This document shows, in pieces, positions 26,454-40,971 of a stretch of DNA of 64,000 nucleotides. Position 1 is the stretch's first letter. Every line of letters starts with the position of its first letter. A model generated the notes under the pieces. It did not search any database and had not been told where the DNA came from. It saw only the letters and a list, made by a program, of their open reading frames with translations. This DNA comes from Eledone cirrhosa. Lineage: Eukaryota. The DNA is taken from assembly GCA_964016885.1 (NCBI GenBank), contig OZ024743.1, positions 289,478,001-289,542,000 of the forward strand, in the 5' to 3' direction. The position numbers and the translations under genes were made by a program.

Positions 26454-26523
26454 TGTTTCTACTTTAGGCACAAGGCCAGCAATTACCCAGTGCATTACTG
26501 GTACTTTATTTTATCGACCCCGT
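26454..26523 (-). mobile_element. 5'-truncated SINE family B with 17-bp TSD
   Basis: AATGTACGTTAAATAAT repeated at 26437-26453 and 26524-26540. Confidence 0.85.
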
Positions 26524-26981
26524 AATGTACGTTAAATAATGTTGACACACACACATTATAATACATGTAAAAGAAAATTTACGAAAACTATTTTCTATAA
26601 TTAGTAAAATTGGTACTTTTTTTGTACAAGTAGAGAAGTAAATAAAACTAAAAAGAACAAAAATCACATTGAAGGCCAACTGCTTTAATCGAACAATTAG
26701 AGTGGTGCTGCTTCTCTCTATCAGGAATACATCTTCACACCTCACCTAACTAGCATGACTTCTTCATATTTGATCCTCACTTCATTACTATATCACAGTG
26801 AAGATCTGTTTCAAATTTGCTGAGTTAATTAAAAAAAAGAAAAACACTCACACATGAACAGCCACACACACATACACAAACATAGATATTGTATATGTAT
26901 GTGTGTGTATATTACGATGAATTAATTTAAATATTGAACAAAAATTTTGGAAACCACACACACATATATATATACACACAT

Positions 26982-27048
<67 letters not shown>

Positions 27049-27619
27049 CACACAAAACTAATCACCTATTTATTTACTACCTTCTGATACAATATGCTCC
27101 AAGTTATTTAAGAGAAAAGCAGATGCTACACCACGCCATACCACAGTACACCAGACTACATACACAACACTACATTACATCTCATCATGATACACTGTAC
27201 AACATTATGCCACACTACATTAGACCACTCATCACAACACTACACTTCAGCATGCCACACTATACCACAGCACACCACTTTGAGTCATATTACAGTAGGA
27301 CAGCTTGTGTCACACACATAAAGACAAACACAGGTGTATATACACATGTGTGGTCTAGCCACACCATACATCATCATGCTCAATCATCCACCTCCTATTT
27401 AGACTCTCAACTATACACCAAGTATAGAACCCCACAACCACCACCACCACCACCAATATACCTTTCCCCAAGATTTACTACTAACACTACAGGATACTAC
27501 AACAATACCCAGTTTTAATTTTATTACAAAAATGACAAGGACTCTGGTAATGTCAGTGGTGATAGTTGTGGCAGTTATGTTAGTGATGGTAATGATGGTG
27601 GAGGTTGTGCTGATGGTGG

Positions 27620-28590
27620 TGAGTGTGGTAGTGGTGGAGATGATGGTGGTTGAAGTCACAGATGTGGTGGTGGGTGTGGTAGTGGTGGAGATGATGGTGG
27701 TTGAAGTCACAGATGTGGTGGTGGGTGTGGTAGTGGTGGAGATGATGGTGGTTGAAGTCACAGATGTGGTGGTGGGTGTGGTAGTGGTGGAGATGATGGT
27801 GGTTGAAGTCACAGATGTGGTGGTTAGTGTGGTAGTGGTGGAGATGATGGTGGTTGAAGTCACAGATGTGGTGGTGGGTGTGGTAGTGGTGGAGATGATG
27901 GTGGTTGAAGTCACAGATGTGGTGGTGGGTGTGGTAGTGGTGGAGATGATGGTGGTTGAAGTCACAGATGTGGTGGTGGGTGTGGTAGTGGTGGAGATGA
28001 TGGTGGTTGAAGTCACAGATGTGGTGGTTAGTGTGGTAGTGGTGGAGATGATGGTGGTTGAAGTCACAGATGTGGTGGTTAGTGTGGTAGTGGTGGAGAT
28101 GATGGTGGTTGAAGTCACAGATGTGGTGGTGGGTGTGGTAGTGGTGGAGATGATGGTGGATGAAGTCACAGATGTGGTGGTTAGTGTGGTAGTGGTGGAG
28201 ATGATGGTGGATGAAGTCACAGATGTGGTGGTTAGTGTGGTAGTGGTGGAGATGATGGTGGTTGAAGTCACAGATGTGGTGGTTAGTGTGGTAGTGGTGG
28301 AGATGATGGTGGATGAAGTCACAGATGTGGTGGTTAGTGTGGTAGTGGTGGAGATGATGGTGGTTGAAGTCACAGATGTGGTGGTGGGTGTGGTAGTGGT
28401 GGAGATGATGGTGGTTGAAGTCACAGATGTGGTGGTGGGTGTGGTAGTGGTGGAGATGATGGTGGTTGAAGTCACAGATGTGGTGGTTAGTGTGGTAGTG
28501 GTGGAGATGATGGTGGTTGAAGTCACAGATGTGGTGGTTAGTGTGGTAGTGGTGGAGATGATGGTGGTTGAAGTCACAGATGTGGTGGTG
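27620..28590. repeat. 51-bp minisatellite, about 19 near-identical copies
   Basis: Unit GTGGTAGTGGTGGAGATGATGGTGG(T/A)TGAAGTCACAGATGTGGTGGT(GG/TA)GT. Confidence 0.95.
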
Positions 28591-28926
28591 TTATTTATGG
28601 TAGTGGTGATGATAATGGTGGAGGTGGGTGATAATGGTGTTGGTTGAGGTGCTGCTAATGATAATGGTAGTGGTAATTGTGATAGTAGTGACTCTGGTAG
28701 TGGGGGCGGGGGTGACTGTGCTAGTGGAGGTAATTAGGAAGTAGTATATGTGATAGATGTACAGTATAAGGATACAGGGTGTGAGAGAGAAAGAGAGAAT
28801 GTGTATGTTAAAGAGAAGAGGACAAGAATTAGAGTACACCACCAACAGCATCACTTCCTATTCACACATACACACATGAAGAAAAAGCGCCCACAGTAAC
28901 AGGCACACACAGTAACACACACAGTA

Positions 28927-28981
<55 letters not shown>

Positions 28982-29549
28982 AAAACATAGTAGACATACA
29001 TACTGAGAATAAACACACAGTAAAAGGCACACATAGATATATGTATGCATACCTATACACTTACATACATAGGGGAAAATGGCTGTTAAATTATGAAGGT
29101 GATGATGATGATACATGTAGACAGAAACAGAACCCCATGCAAAACCAAACAACATACTCATACACACATGCATGTATGCACACACAAACTAACATGCAAA
29201 CATACATGGCAACATACACACATACATGCACGCATGGAAAACTTATAGACATATATAGCAACACACACATATACAACATATACATACATGTATGGAGGAA
29301 CAAGAAAACACAAAATGTACACACTCATATATAAACTCGTTAACACATACATAACAACATAGATATACACACATATACACATTGACAAATATGCAGATAC
29401 ATATACAGAAACATAATCAGTTACACACACATACATGTAGGCATATACAAACTCCCTAACACATTTATAGAGAAACACACATGCACACACACACACACAC
29501 ACACATGTACACACAAACACATACATGTATACACACATATAAACATGCA

Positions 29550-30450
29550 CACACATGGACAAACTCACAAAAACAATTATATAGCAACACATACATATAC
29601 ATACAAACATGCATGTACACATTTTCAAACATACATATAACACACACAGACACAAACTCACAAACACATGTATAGATTAACACATACACACACACACACT
29701 CATATACACATGGGATAAACCCACAAACACATATATAGAAACATACACACACACACTCATATATACACATGGATAACTCACAAACATATATAGAAACATA
29801 CACATACACACACACACACTCACACATGGATAAACTCACAAACATATATATAGAAACATACACATAAACACACACTCACTCACCCATCGATAAACTCACA
29901 AACATATATATAGAAATATACACACACACACACTCACACATGGATAAACTCACAAACACATATATAGAAACATACACACACACACACTCACACATGGATA
30001 AACTCACAAACACATATATAGAAACATACACATATACACGAACACACACACACACACACTCACACATGGATAAACTCACAAACACATATATAGAAACATA
30101 CACATAAACACGAACACACACACACACTCACTCACAAACACATATATAGAAACATACACATAAACACGAACACACACACACACTCACTAACACATGGATA
30201 AACTCACAAACACATATATAGAAACATACACATATACACGAACACACACACTCACTCACACATGGATGAACTCACAAACACATATATAGAAACATACACA
30301 CACACACACTCACACATGGATAAACTCACAAACACATATATAGAAACATACACATAAACACGAACACACACACACACACTCCCACACATGGATAAACTCA
30401 CAAACACATATATAGAAACATACACATAAACACGCACACACACACACATA
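29550..30450. repeat. Compound satellite (about 45-70-bp units with variable (CA)n)
   Basis: Core CACATGGATAAACTCACAAACACATATATAGAAACATACAC recurs more than 10 times. Confidence 0.88.
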
Positions 30451-30829
30451 ATCATGCACACAAACACACACTGTTATTCCACCCCCATCAACCCCAACTT
30501 AGCCCACTACCACTTAGCCAGGTGAATTGCTGCAGGATTTCCAGATCACATTTAATGCATCAAGATAGTGAAAGGTGATGGTGCAGTGGCTGGGAGAATG
30601 TGTAGGGTGTACTGTGGATGGAAGGAGGAGGGGAAAGGTGAAGCATGAGGATTAGTAATTTATGAAGGGTATATGCTGCTTTGTGTGTGTGTCTGGTTGT
30701 CAGGGTACTTGAGGTGGTAGTGGTGACACAGGGGTGTGGGGGTACTGTCATGGTGTGTGTACATGTAGTGTGATGAGGTGATGGAGGTGGCACAAAGATT
30801 TGTGACAACAGAACAATATTTTTGATGCT

Positions 30830-30874
<45 letters not shown>

Positions 30875-31829
30875 AATACTAATGAGTATTGTGGTGATAA
30901 TGAGGGTGATAATGATTGGAATTCTCGTGATGATGGTAATGAAGAAGATGATGATGGTGATGAAGAAAATGATGATGGTGATGAAGATGATGATAATGGT
31001 GATAATACTGATGAGTATTGTGGTGATTATGAAGATGATGATAGGAGAAATATGATAATAGTGGTGATGGCATGGTATTTGTTGAAGTACTGATGCTGCT
31101 GTTGTTGTTTGGTCCAATGCCAACACGGATTTATAAAACAATGGAGCAAATGTATTCCAGACACGACCATTCCATCTTTTTCCAAGGGACAATGAAACTC
31201 TGGCCACATTATGTAACTTATGTAATGCATTTTTCTTTCCTGAGACATGAGGGATATTTGGCTGCTCTTTCTAGCATGTCGAGCAACCACATTATGGCAC
31301 ATTCAATGGCTCAGCAGTAAAAACAGTACTGGTTGTAGTGGTAATGTGGTGATAGTTGGGGACAATAATGTTGGTTGTACTGAGAATGATAGTGGTGGCT
31401 TTGGCAGTGTTTATTGTACTAGAGGTAATGGAGGTTGTTGGAGATGATAATGTTGGTGAAGATTATAACAGTGGTGGTGGTGATGATGCAGGCAGGTTGT
31501 GGTAATTGGTGATGTTAATGCTGGTTAAAATGATGGTGGTGATCATGGTGATGGTAGATGGGGATAATAATGTTGGTAGTGGTTGTGGTGGAGATGATAA
31601 TGTTGATTGGGTTGATATTGATGGTAGTGGTTGAATCAGATGTGATGGTGGTGGTGGTTGCAGATAATAACATTGGTTATACTAATCATATCTCTAATGA
31701 AATACACAATTTCAATTAATTAATTAAGAATTTAGAGGGCTCTACTAATATCATTAATTATTTATTTCATTACTAAGATGATTCTGATATAAAATTATGT
31801 TGGAAGATTTCAATTTAAATAGCAACATT

Positions 31830-32515
31830 TTAATTAGGAAGCTAGGTGTAGATGAATGGTTTTTGAGTGCCATGTATACAGGAGCAACTAGTAGAGTGAG
31901 AGTTGGCAATGAGTACAGTGATGAATTTGAAGTGCTGGTTGGCGTCAACCAGGGACCAGTCCACAGTCCACAGAGCGAGATAGATTTCCTCAGTTGCCAG
32001 GGGAGCTCTCTAGAAGTTGTCGACAGGTTTTACAACTTAGGTGATAAAATTAGTAGTGGAGGAGGATGCGTTGACAGTGTGATAGCTAGGATAAGAACAG
32101 GCTGGAAGAAATTCAGAGGTCTATTATGATTGCTAACAACAAAAGGGTATTGTCTCGGAGTGAAGGGTAGACTCTATGATGCCTGTGTGTGAATTGCAAT
32201 GATGCATGGCAGTGAAACATGGGCCTTGACTGCGGAGACTAGAAAGAAATGAATTGAGAATGCTCTGATGGATATTCAATATTAGTATGCATGAGCAAAC
32301 TGAGGAAAAAACTTGGCATGAGAAGAATTGGATGTAGTATGTAGGAGAGAAGACTGTGTTGGTATGGATATGTGATGCATATGTAAGATAGCAACTGCAG
32401 ACCCAGGAAGACATAAGATGAGGTTGTGAGGGCTGACCTTAAAAAGCTAAACCTTACATCAGAAATGACTAAAGACTGCAAGGGCTAGCACTATGCAGTG
32501 CTGAATTAGACCCAA
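31830..32515 (+). mobile_element. Degraded RTE LINE with internal deletion
   Basis: RKLGVDEW...VGVNQG joined directly to LEVVDRF.LGDKISSGGGC...RTGWKKFR. Confidence 0.85.
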
Positions 32516-32984
32516 CCTGCAACATACAACGTGACCTGAGTTACCTACCCTTCTTCCACTAGCAATCCCTAACAGTCTCAACAGCACTACTCCACCCTCT
32601 CACATTCCTAGCAGCTGCTCTCTTGTAAAATGGTTGGTGATGGGAAGGGCATTCAGCCAAGGAAATGACAGCCTCCCTAGTGATGATTAACATGATAAAC
32701 TCACCCAGGACATGCTGTAAAGTGTTTGGTGATAGGAAGGGCATCCAGCCAAAGAAAACTTGCAAGATAAAGGGTTGAGAAGACCCATCAGTCATGCGAA
32801 GGACATGACAACTTCCCTAGTGTTGGTGATTTATATGATAAATGCACCCAATACATGCTGAAAAATGGATGGTGATCCAGCCATAGAAATCCAGCCAAAA
32901 ACAAAGGGTAGGTTTGGGAGGATCCTCAGTTTTGACAAAGGCATGATAACCTCTCCTGAAACCTCAGTGGAATGTGAGACTGTA

Positions 32985-33309
32985 CATAAGCAAGACAAAT
33001 CCCTGGCCTGCCTGGGAGATCAGTGGCTCCACTTTATTACTGACTTAGTCTGTATAGACCCATCTAACCTTTGCTAGTAGGGAAAGCAGATGTTAAAACG
33101 ATGATGATGATGATGATGATGATGATCATGATGATTATGATAACAACTATGATGATGAAGGCAAAATCCATGTCATCATCATCATCATCATCGTTTTAAC
33201 ATCTGCTTTCCCTACTAGCAAAGGTTGGATGGGTCTATACAGACTAAGTCAGTAATAAAGTGGAGCCACTGATCTCCCATGCAGGCCAGGGATTTGTGTC
33301 TTGCTTATG
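32985..33309. repeat. Near-perfect inverted repeat (about 135-bp arms)
   Basis: Arms at about 32985-33120 and 33173-33309 differ by two substitutions and a 2-bp indel. Confidence 0.95.
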
Positions 33310-34303
33310 CTAGGGTGATGGTGGTGGTGGTAGTGGTAGAGGTAGGTGGTGATGACAGAAATTACAGATTGTAGAGTGAGTAATTATAGATGATGGCTGT
33401 GATAAACTAACTACAGCAAAGATCATTAACTGTTAAATGAATGAATGATTGAATGATGAAGATGATGATAATGATGATTACGATGATAGCAGTGGATAGG
33501 ATGTGGATGAATATTACAGTGGTGTTGATGATGATGATGACAATGATATGCTGATGATGAAAATGATGATGATATCCTGATGATGATAATAAGGAATAGC
33601 ACAAATACATAATTTATTATTCAGAATATATGCATATATGCACACACATAGGATATGTTCATGTATAATGAAAATACAAACAGTCTTGCTGCAGATATTC
33701 TAAGCTGTGATCAAATCACAGCTAACTTATTACAGGTGTAAAATTGCTCTATACAAGTATTTCAGGATCTTTAACCGTTATAAACAACACTTACATACTG
33801 ATCATGATAGCAATGATGATGATGATTACCATGATGATAATAAAGGTATTAATGATCATGAGCAGGATAAATATCGATGATATGATGAATCTGAGCAAGT
33901 GGTAGTAAGAGGTACTGATATAGGGTTCAGCTTGGAAGCCGAAAGAGATAACTAGATTTGCTTAATAATGGTCACTTATCATGTTAGAAATAGCAGCCAA
34001 ATCTCCATCAAAACCAATCATTCTCTATGACAAATAGTAACAAGGAAGGACACATTGGATAATGTAGTCTACCTGACATACTCCTAAAAAGATGGGATGA
34101 TTACCGGCTGTTTATGGCTTGAATGTCATACCATCAGAAATGAGCTTCATCAGGTATCAAAAATAGAACCTTCTATCCCTTGCCTTCCCTCCCATTACAC
34201 AACCACCATCACCACAACTCCAGCAATGCATGGCCATCAGTCTACACACCATAGTCAGTATTACCACCATCACCAAAACTACTAATATTATCATTACTGC
34301 TGC

Positions 34304-34495
34304 GGTGGATTGGCAGTAACGGTAGAGGGTCGGATGCCATGCTTTCCAGCATAGAGTTAGGGCCCTTTATGGTCTGATATTCAAATCCCGCCGAGGTTAA
34401 CTATGTCTTTCATCCTTATGGGATCGATAAAATATAGCACCAGTAATACACTGGGTAAATTGCTGGCCTTGTGCCAAAAGTAGAAACAGTTATCA
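34304..34495 (+). mobile_element. SINE family B
   Basis: Matches 20097-20280. Flanked by the repeated TTATCATTACTGCTGC. Confidence 0.85.
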
Positions 34496-34585
34496 TTACT
34501 GCTGCTGCTGTTGCTGCACTACTACCACTACCACTACCATACTACTACTACCACTAATACTACTACTACCATCACCACTACTACA

Positions 34586-34616
<31 letters not shown>

Positions 34617-35289
34617 TTACAACTACTGCTACTACTACTACTATACTACTACTACTACTACAACTGCTACTACTACTACTACTACCACCATCACTCCTAT
34701 ACTACCACTACTACTACTACTACATCACCTCTACCAAAACTAATTCTCACCTTTATATTCTACTCCGTCAATGCCCGCCCAGTAGAAACCAATTACATGT
34801 GTAAGCTGGGGGGGATGGATGAATGACTGGGGGCAATGGTAATGATGGTGGGGAGATTTCTCAAATATATTGGATTAAGTTCATATTGTTTTCTCCATTC
34901 ATTACTCCAGCCACCCACACTGTATGCTGTTTTTATATAATTCTTCCCAACCTCACCATACCACCTGCTTCACTGAAGGCAATCCTGTATATACCCCAAC
35001 ACCATATATTCACAGGTATGGTTTGGAGTTCAACCCCACTCAATGAGACCATCAGTTAGTGCATTCTATTATAGTCTTGTGAATGAATTCTGTAGATGAA
35101 AACTATACAGAAGCCTGTTGTGTATATGCATACCAGCATTTATTATACAACTCAATATTCCCCATACATCATATGGTCATACCAGTGCATTTGTCTCTTT
35201 TGTAGACTATAATTACTTCTTTTTATACTTAACTTTTCTTGAAATTACACATTCAGCAAAGCATGCATGCCTCATTTATTTTAGCTGCT

Positions 35290-35740
35290 GCAAATCTTTT
35301 GCATTCATAGCCCACATCTCACTGCCATGCAGCATTGAAGTTTGAACATATACATCATATAATCTGATCTTCACTCTGTGAAAGAAGCCCTTTATTGCCA
35401 ACACAGGTAACAGCCTCATGAACCCCCCCCCCCCCCCCCCCCCCATTATCATTCTGGCTATAGTACTTTCTATACATCCACCTCCACTGCCAATGGCATC
35501 ACCTAGATAGTTAAAGATTTTCTACTTCTTGTGAGCCTTCTGAACAGTTGAGAAAGTTTATTTCTTGAGTATTCTTTCAGTTGATTACTCCTGTGCATCT
35601 TCCACATATGAAGTCTACCTTCCTTGTCAGTGTTCCTGTGATCTCCATACTGCCCACAGTCAATATGTGGTACACTGCATGGAATTCCTAGCTACCCATT
35701 TTCTACATATTGAACACACTTATTTCACTGATGGTAACAA
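35290..35740 (-). mobile_element. Degraded RTE LINE fragment
   Basis: Remnants of YLGDAIGSGGGC and LHGSEMWA. Confidence 0.7.
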
Positions 35741-36029
35741 TCTTACGCAAGACAATGTGTGTGCAGACATATGTTTGGCTCCATGCTTGTGCTTTATATT
35801 TGACACTTTTTGTGTAGTGGTGACATTTGCTTATGTCCTACACAAATAATAGATCTTTGCAGCTCTATGGTTCATTGTAAGAACAGTATCTTACTTGAAA
35901 ATAAAAACCCTCAAGGGTTGGTTGGTTTTGAGAACAGCATCTTACTATAGAATACTGTCTCAACATCTGGTTGAACCCATGTCTGTATGCAGAAGGGGAT
36001 ATAAAAATGATAATGATGATAATAATAAT

Positions 36030-36555
36030 AATTGTTTCTACTTTTGGCACAAGGCCAGCAATTACCCAGTACTGGTACTTTATGTTATCAACCCTTTATG
36101 ATGATAATGGTTTCTTATATAGGTACAATTCTGGGGGAGGGGAAAGTCGATTAAATCGACCCCAGTAACTGGCACTTTATTTTATCGACCCCGTAAGGAT
36201 GAAAGGCAAAGTTAACCTTGGCGGGATTTGAACTCAGATCATAAAGAACCGTAACTCTATGCTGCAAAGCATGACGTCCGACCCTCTACCGATACTGCCA
36301 ATCCACCAACCTTACACACGCACAATGATGATAATAATAATAATGATGATTCCTAGTATAGGCACAAGGCCAGTAATTTGGGGGGAGGGAAATGTTGATT
36401 AAATCGACCCCAGTACGTTACTGGTGCTTATTTTATCCACCCCATAAGGGTGGAAGGCAAAATTAACCTTGGCGGGATTTGAACTCAGACCATAAAGGAC
36501 TGTAACTCTATGCTACAAATCATGGTGTCCGACTCTACCGATACTGCCAATCCAC
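36030..36555 (-). mobile_element. Tandem SINE family B copies
   Basis: Two copies plus a fragment of the family-B reverse complement. Confidence 0.82.
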
Positions 36556-36699
36556 AATGATGATAGTTTACTGAAAGAGTAAAAAATAAAAAAGAAAGGG
36601 AAGAGAGAGGGAAAACAGTGAGTGAAGGAAAGAAAGAAGAAAAATAGAAAAAAAAGAATGGATGACCTTTAATAAGTTGTTTTATGCTTTAATAATTAT

Positions 36700-36901
36700 T
36701 GTAGGTAACACGGTAAAAACCTCCCAGTTCCACACTGTAAATGTGGTTGGTGTTAGGAAGGGCATCCAGCTGTAGAAAACCTGCCAGACAGTCCTATGTG
36801 AGCAAGACAACCAATCTTGCCTCAAGTGGGAAAACTCCCGTCCAAACCCATGCAAGCGTGGAATATGGACGTTAAACGATGATGATGATGATGATGATGA
36901 T
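36700..36901 (+). mobile_element. Solo RTE subfamily-1 3' tail
   Basis: Close match to 17918-18110, ending in (GAT)n. Confidence 0.88.
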
Positions 36902-38482
36902 ATTTTTTATTGCATATATTTTTGAAGAAATTTAATTCATCTGTTTCGTATGTTTCTTGTTACTTTTATTGTTGTTAATTTTTGTGGGAGGAGGAGTGGT
37001 AATTTAATATGTTCAAGGCACTGCCCCAGCATGGCCTCAGCAAAAAATAAATGAATATAGACATTAAAAAGATGTTTTGTAATTGTACTTTCTCTAATTA
37101 AGAATATTTCTTCAATAATTACCTGCCTCCATCACCTGTTATTTGTCAAGTCTGTTTGTTTAAAATGAGATATGATGAGCAAACAGTTTTTGGTTTGGGC
37201 ATGCATGTGTATGTATAGATATGTGTTGTGGCTCACACCTTGCAGGCTTAGCTACCTCATTTAGGGTTTCATCTCACGGGAAGTTTCTTGTGTGTTTTAA
37301 TCATGTGTATGGATGTGCACCAGCAACACCACCACCACCACCAACACCAAGAACAGTCACATACATAGTTAAAGGGTTAGGAAGTTTGCTTTGTAATCTC
37401 GAGCACCTGACTTCTACTATAGATATGAAACAATCCAATAGAGGTAAGAAAAAAAAAATGAGTAGATGAATCCTGTAATTCAAAAGTCCAGCCATTTCAC
37501 AAATCACTGATTTTACTTAAGAATTGCTTCAAATTAATCTAACAAGTAGGACATTCAGTTTATCAAACTGATGCCACAATAAAATGCACCCAGTACAATC
37601 TGTAAAGTTATTGGTATGAAGAAGAGCATCCAGTTGTAGAAACAAAGTCAAAAGGGTTGCGAGAACTCTTCACTCATATATCACAGACACAAAAACTTCT
37701 CTAGTGCTGGTGCCAGTAGAAATATACTCTGTGAAATGGTTGGTATTAAGAAGCCTGGCACAACCACCAAAATGACAGACACCACCCATCCAACCACTTG
37801 TCCTAAAAAATATATAAATGCTTCCCTTTTAATCCACCAAGGAAACTGAGCACCACCATACCACTACCACCAGCAATGAAATGCCAGTACCCCAGTCTCA
37901 CCCCTACCCCAGCATGACCATGTATACTAAGCACTCGAGTGCTGGTGTCCCAAAAGCACCCAGTCCACTCTGTTAGGTGGTAGTGTCAGAGTCACAATAA
38001 AATGCTCCCAGTACACTCAAGTAAAATGGTTGGCATCCAGACATAGAAACCACACTCCCAGTACATGCTATTAAGTGATTGGCATTGGGAAGGACATCAC
38101 CATAGAAACCAAACCATAAAAGTTATATGAGCAGGGCCCAGTCTGGCCTCAGCATCTGGCAGCAGTCTAATTCATACAAGCATGGGAAATAGACATTAAA
38201 TAGTGATCATAATGAAGATTGTATATCATCATCATCATCATCATTTTACATCCGCTTTTCCCTGCTTGCAAAGATTGTATATATATATATATATATACAA
38301 TCTTCATTATCATCACTGTTTAATGTCGATATATACAGTAATAATCCAAAGAGGGCTCAATAAGGATTATACATACATAATATAAATACAAAACCCGTAG
38401 AGCAAATATTTATTATTAGTCCAGATTAAAGTTTAAACTTTAATCTATACTAATAATTAATATATATATATATATATATATT

Positions 38483-38517
<35 letters not shown>

Positions 38518-39403
38518 GTGTGGGTGCATGTGTATAAACACTTTGTGAAGATTCAGCATTAATAAATACATTTTGACACTCTACTTCCAATATTGAGTAC
38601 TCTCATTTCTCTTTTTTGCACTTGAGCTTTTACAAATATGTATATAAGAAAGGGAGATGGAAAGACAATAAATGCTACAATATGTCAAGGCTATCACAAC
38701 TTAATATTCCATAAAACAACAGAAAAACTAGCAAAAATATATCAACAACAATCTCTATAAAATAAAATAAAATAAGTTAAAAAAAAATATTGACTACATA
38801 TGGCAAAAAGACGTGAAATTTTTGAACTTTAAAAATTACTTAACATACACATTTCGAGTGAAACCGCCCGCTGTGTCTGATAAGATGGTTAACTTAAGTA
38901 GATATTTTTCAATGTGTTACTATCGTAGTTGTTGCTTTTGTTATAGTATTTTATTTCTTATTCTCGTTAGAATGGTGCTGTAATGGACATTTTATTGTTC
39001 CTCTTAATGTGTCTACAATATAATGTGGTAGGTAAACGAGAGTCAATTTTGCAAGGACTCCACTTAATTTATAATCTACGGTTGTTTTAATACCTATTAA
39101 TAGAACACCTCATACAATTCAGAATATATTTTACCACGATTTTGCCGAAGATTTTCTCAAAAGTGTTTTTGTCTGGGAGATAAGAAGGTGGAGGAGGAGA
39201 GAAGTGATGAAGAGTTTGACTGGTATATATTTCACTGAAAAACGTATCTCCATCAGTTTTAACATTGAGTATTCTAGTTTTTCGGTCAAGGAAACAGCCA
39301 ACTCATTAAATAATCTGTAGGAGGATGCATATTCCACACATGTGTGTATCTCAGGGAGATTCAGTGTGACACAATGTAAGACAAAGTTTGCTTATTGAAT
39401 TAA

Positions 39404-39602
39404 CCCTTTAGCATTTAAACCGGACGTGTCTGGTCAGAGTTCTCTCACCTCTTTCTGTTCAAACCGGCTGTAACTGGCCACTCATACTGATGTTACGGAA
39501 TTGTTCTCAAAATATCAAAATCATAGATTCAAAATTATGTGAGACAAAACATTTACCACAAAAATACAATAGTATATATAGAGTAATGTAAATGCTAAAG
39601 GG
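39404..39602. mobile_element. piggyBac-type MITE (199 bp)
   Basis: Perfect 14-bp TIRs CCCTTTAGCATTTA / TAAATGCTAAAGGG, with TTAA at 39400-39403 and 39603-39606. Confidence 0.88.
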
Positions 39603-40971
39603 TTAAAGGTACAGTTCAAACAGTGCTATCTCTCCAGTTTAATTCACAAGGTTTTGATCAACCTGAGGCTCTGGTAAAAGACACACCTAAACACCATGCA
39701 GTGAGATCGAACAAGGAGTCTCAAGATTGTGAAGCAAACTTCTTAACCATTTAGCTAAGCTGCATCCATTTATTTCAGTAATCTTATTTTTTAGTGTATG
39801 CTTTGTGGCAGAAATGAGTGTATCACTGTTTGCCTTGTCAAATGCTAATTAGCTTCACAACAAGAAGAGAAAATAGAGATAATGCAGTAGTTTAGACACC
39901 TACAAGTGATCATTAGTGATAAAGGATCCTGACCAGAAATCCTTGCAAGAAGTGCACAGACAACGACTTTTTTAACCAAACTAAAACAAACACACAGCAA
40001 TAAAAACATAACAAAGAGCAAGATTAGACTCATGTGCACTGATGCTCTCTATCATTCTGCACACATGCAAAATGTAAACTCTCACTGAAGAGATAGAGAG
40101 ACAAGTAAAGATACTGGAAATGAGATGCTACTGCAGCATTCCAGGCATCTCATATTTAAACAACATCAACAAGCAGATCTGCAAAACCATGGAGCATCAT
40201 ATTCTTCTCACTAGAGAGACTTTCTCACAATGGTTTAGAAAAGAAAGCTGAGAAGGCATCATCATATAACAATATTCAGTAACCTTGCAAGACCTACAAG
40301 GAACTGTGGATGGAAAGAAAAGAAGGGGACAGTAAAAGATGGACAGATAACATCAAAGAATGAATGGATAAATCTTAGGCGGTTACCCAAAATTTGGCAG
40401 GCATCCATAGAGCAATGCCTCTACAGCCCCATTTGTTGTCACACAGTGGGAGTATCCAACCTAGACCTCATAATTGTGAAGGAAGCTTCTTTTCCATTTG
40501 ATCATACATAAGTCTATAATTATTACAATTAATAGGTGGATTGGCAGTAATGATAGCATGTCAGCCAAAATACTTCACAGTATATGTTCCATCACTTTAC
40601 GTTCTGCGTACTGATGTCAATATGCTTCTAAGGTCAATAAAATAAAATAACAACCAAATACTGGTATCGATTTAATCAATGTACAATGATAAATTGGTTG
40701 CTTTGTCATTAAATTAGAAACAATTATTATTCATTTGCACAATGATGATCTTATTAATACTGGATCATTTAACTGACTCCTTATCAAGTTATGTAACCTC
40801 AGATAAACAGTACTTTCTGCAGGATATTTGCTTTTTTCAAAAATGTTGATTTTATCAATGCCGTAGTCTTGGCACTGAATCTAATGCAATCAAGGTTTTT
40901 TCTGGTGGTTTTCTGTCGCTGATCCAAGAGGTTTATTATTACTATTATAAGAGTTTATTATTACTATTATT

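Noticed and set aside
27620-28590. Regular repeat resembling a CRISPR array
   Set aside because: There are no unique spacers and no cas genes, and the context is eukaryotic. It is a plain tandem repeat.
30560-31207. Ile/Met/His-rich ORFs; likewise the Thr-rich ORF at 34511
   Set aside because: These derive from (GAT)n and (ACT)n trinucleotide low-complexity tracts.
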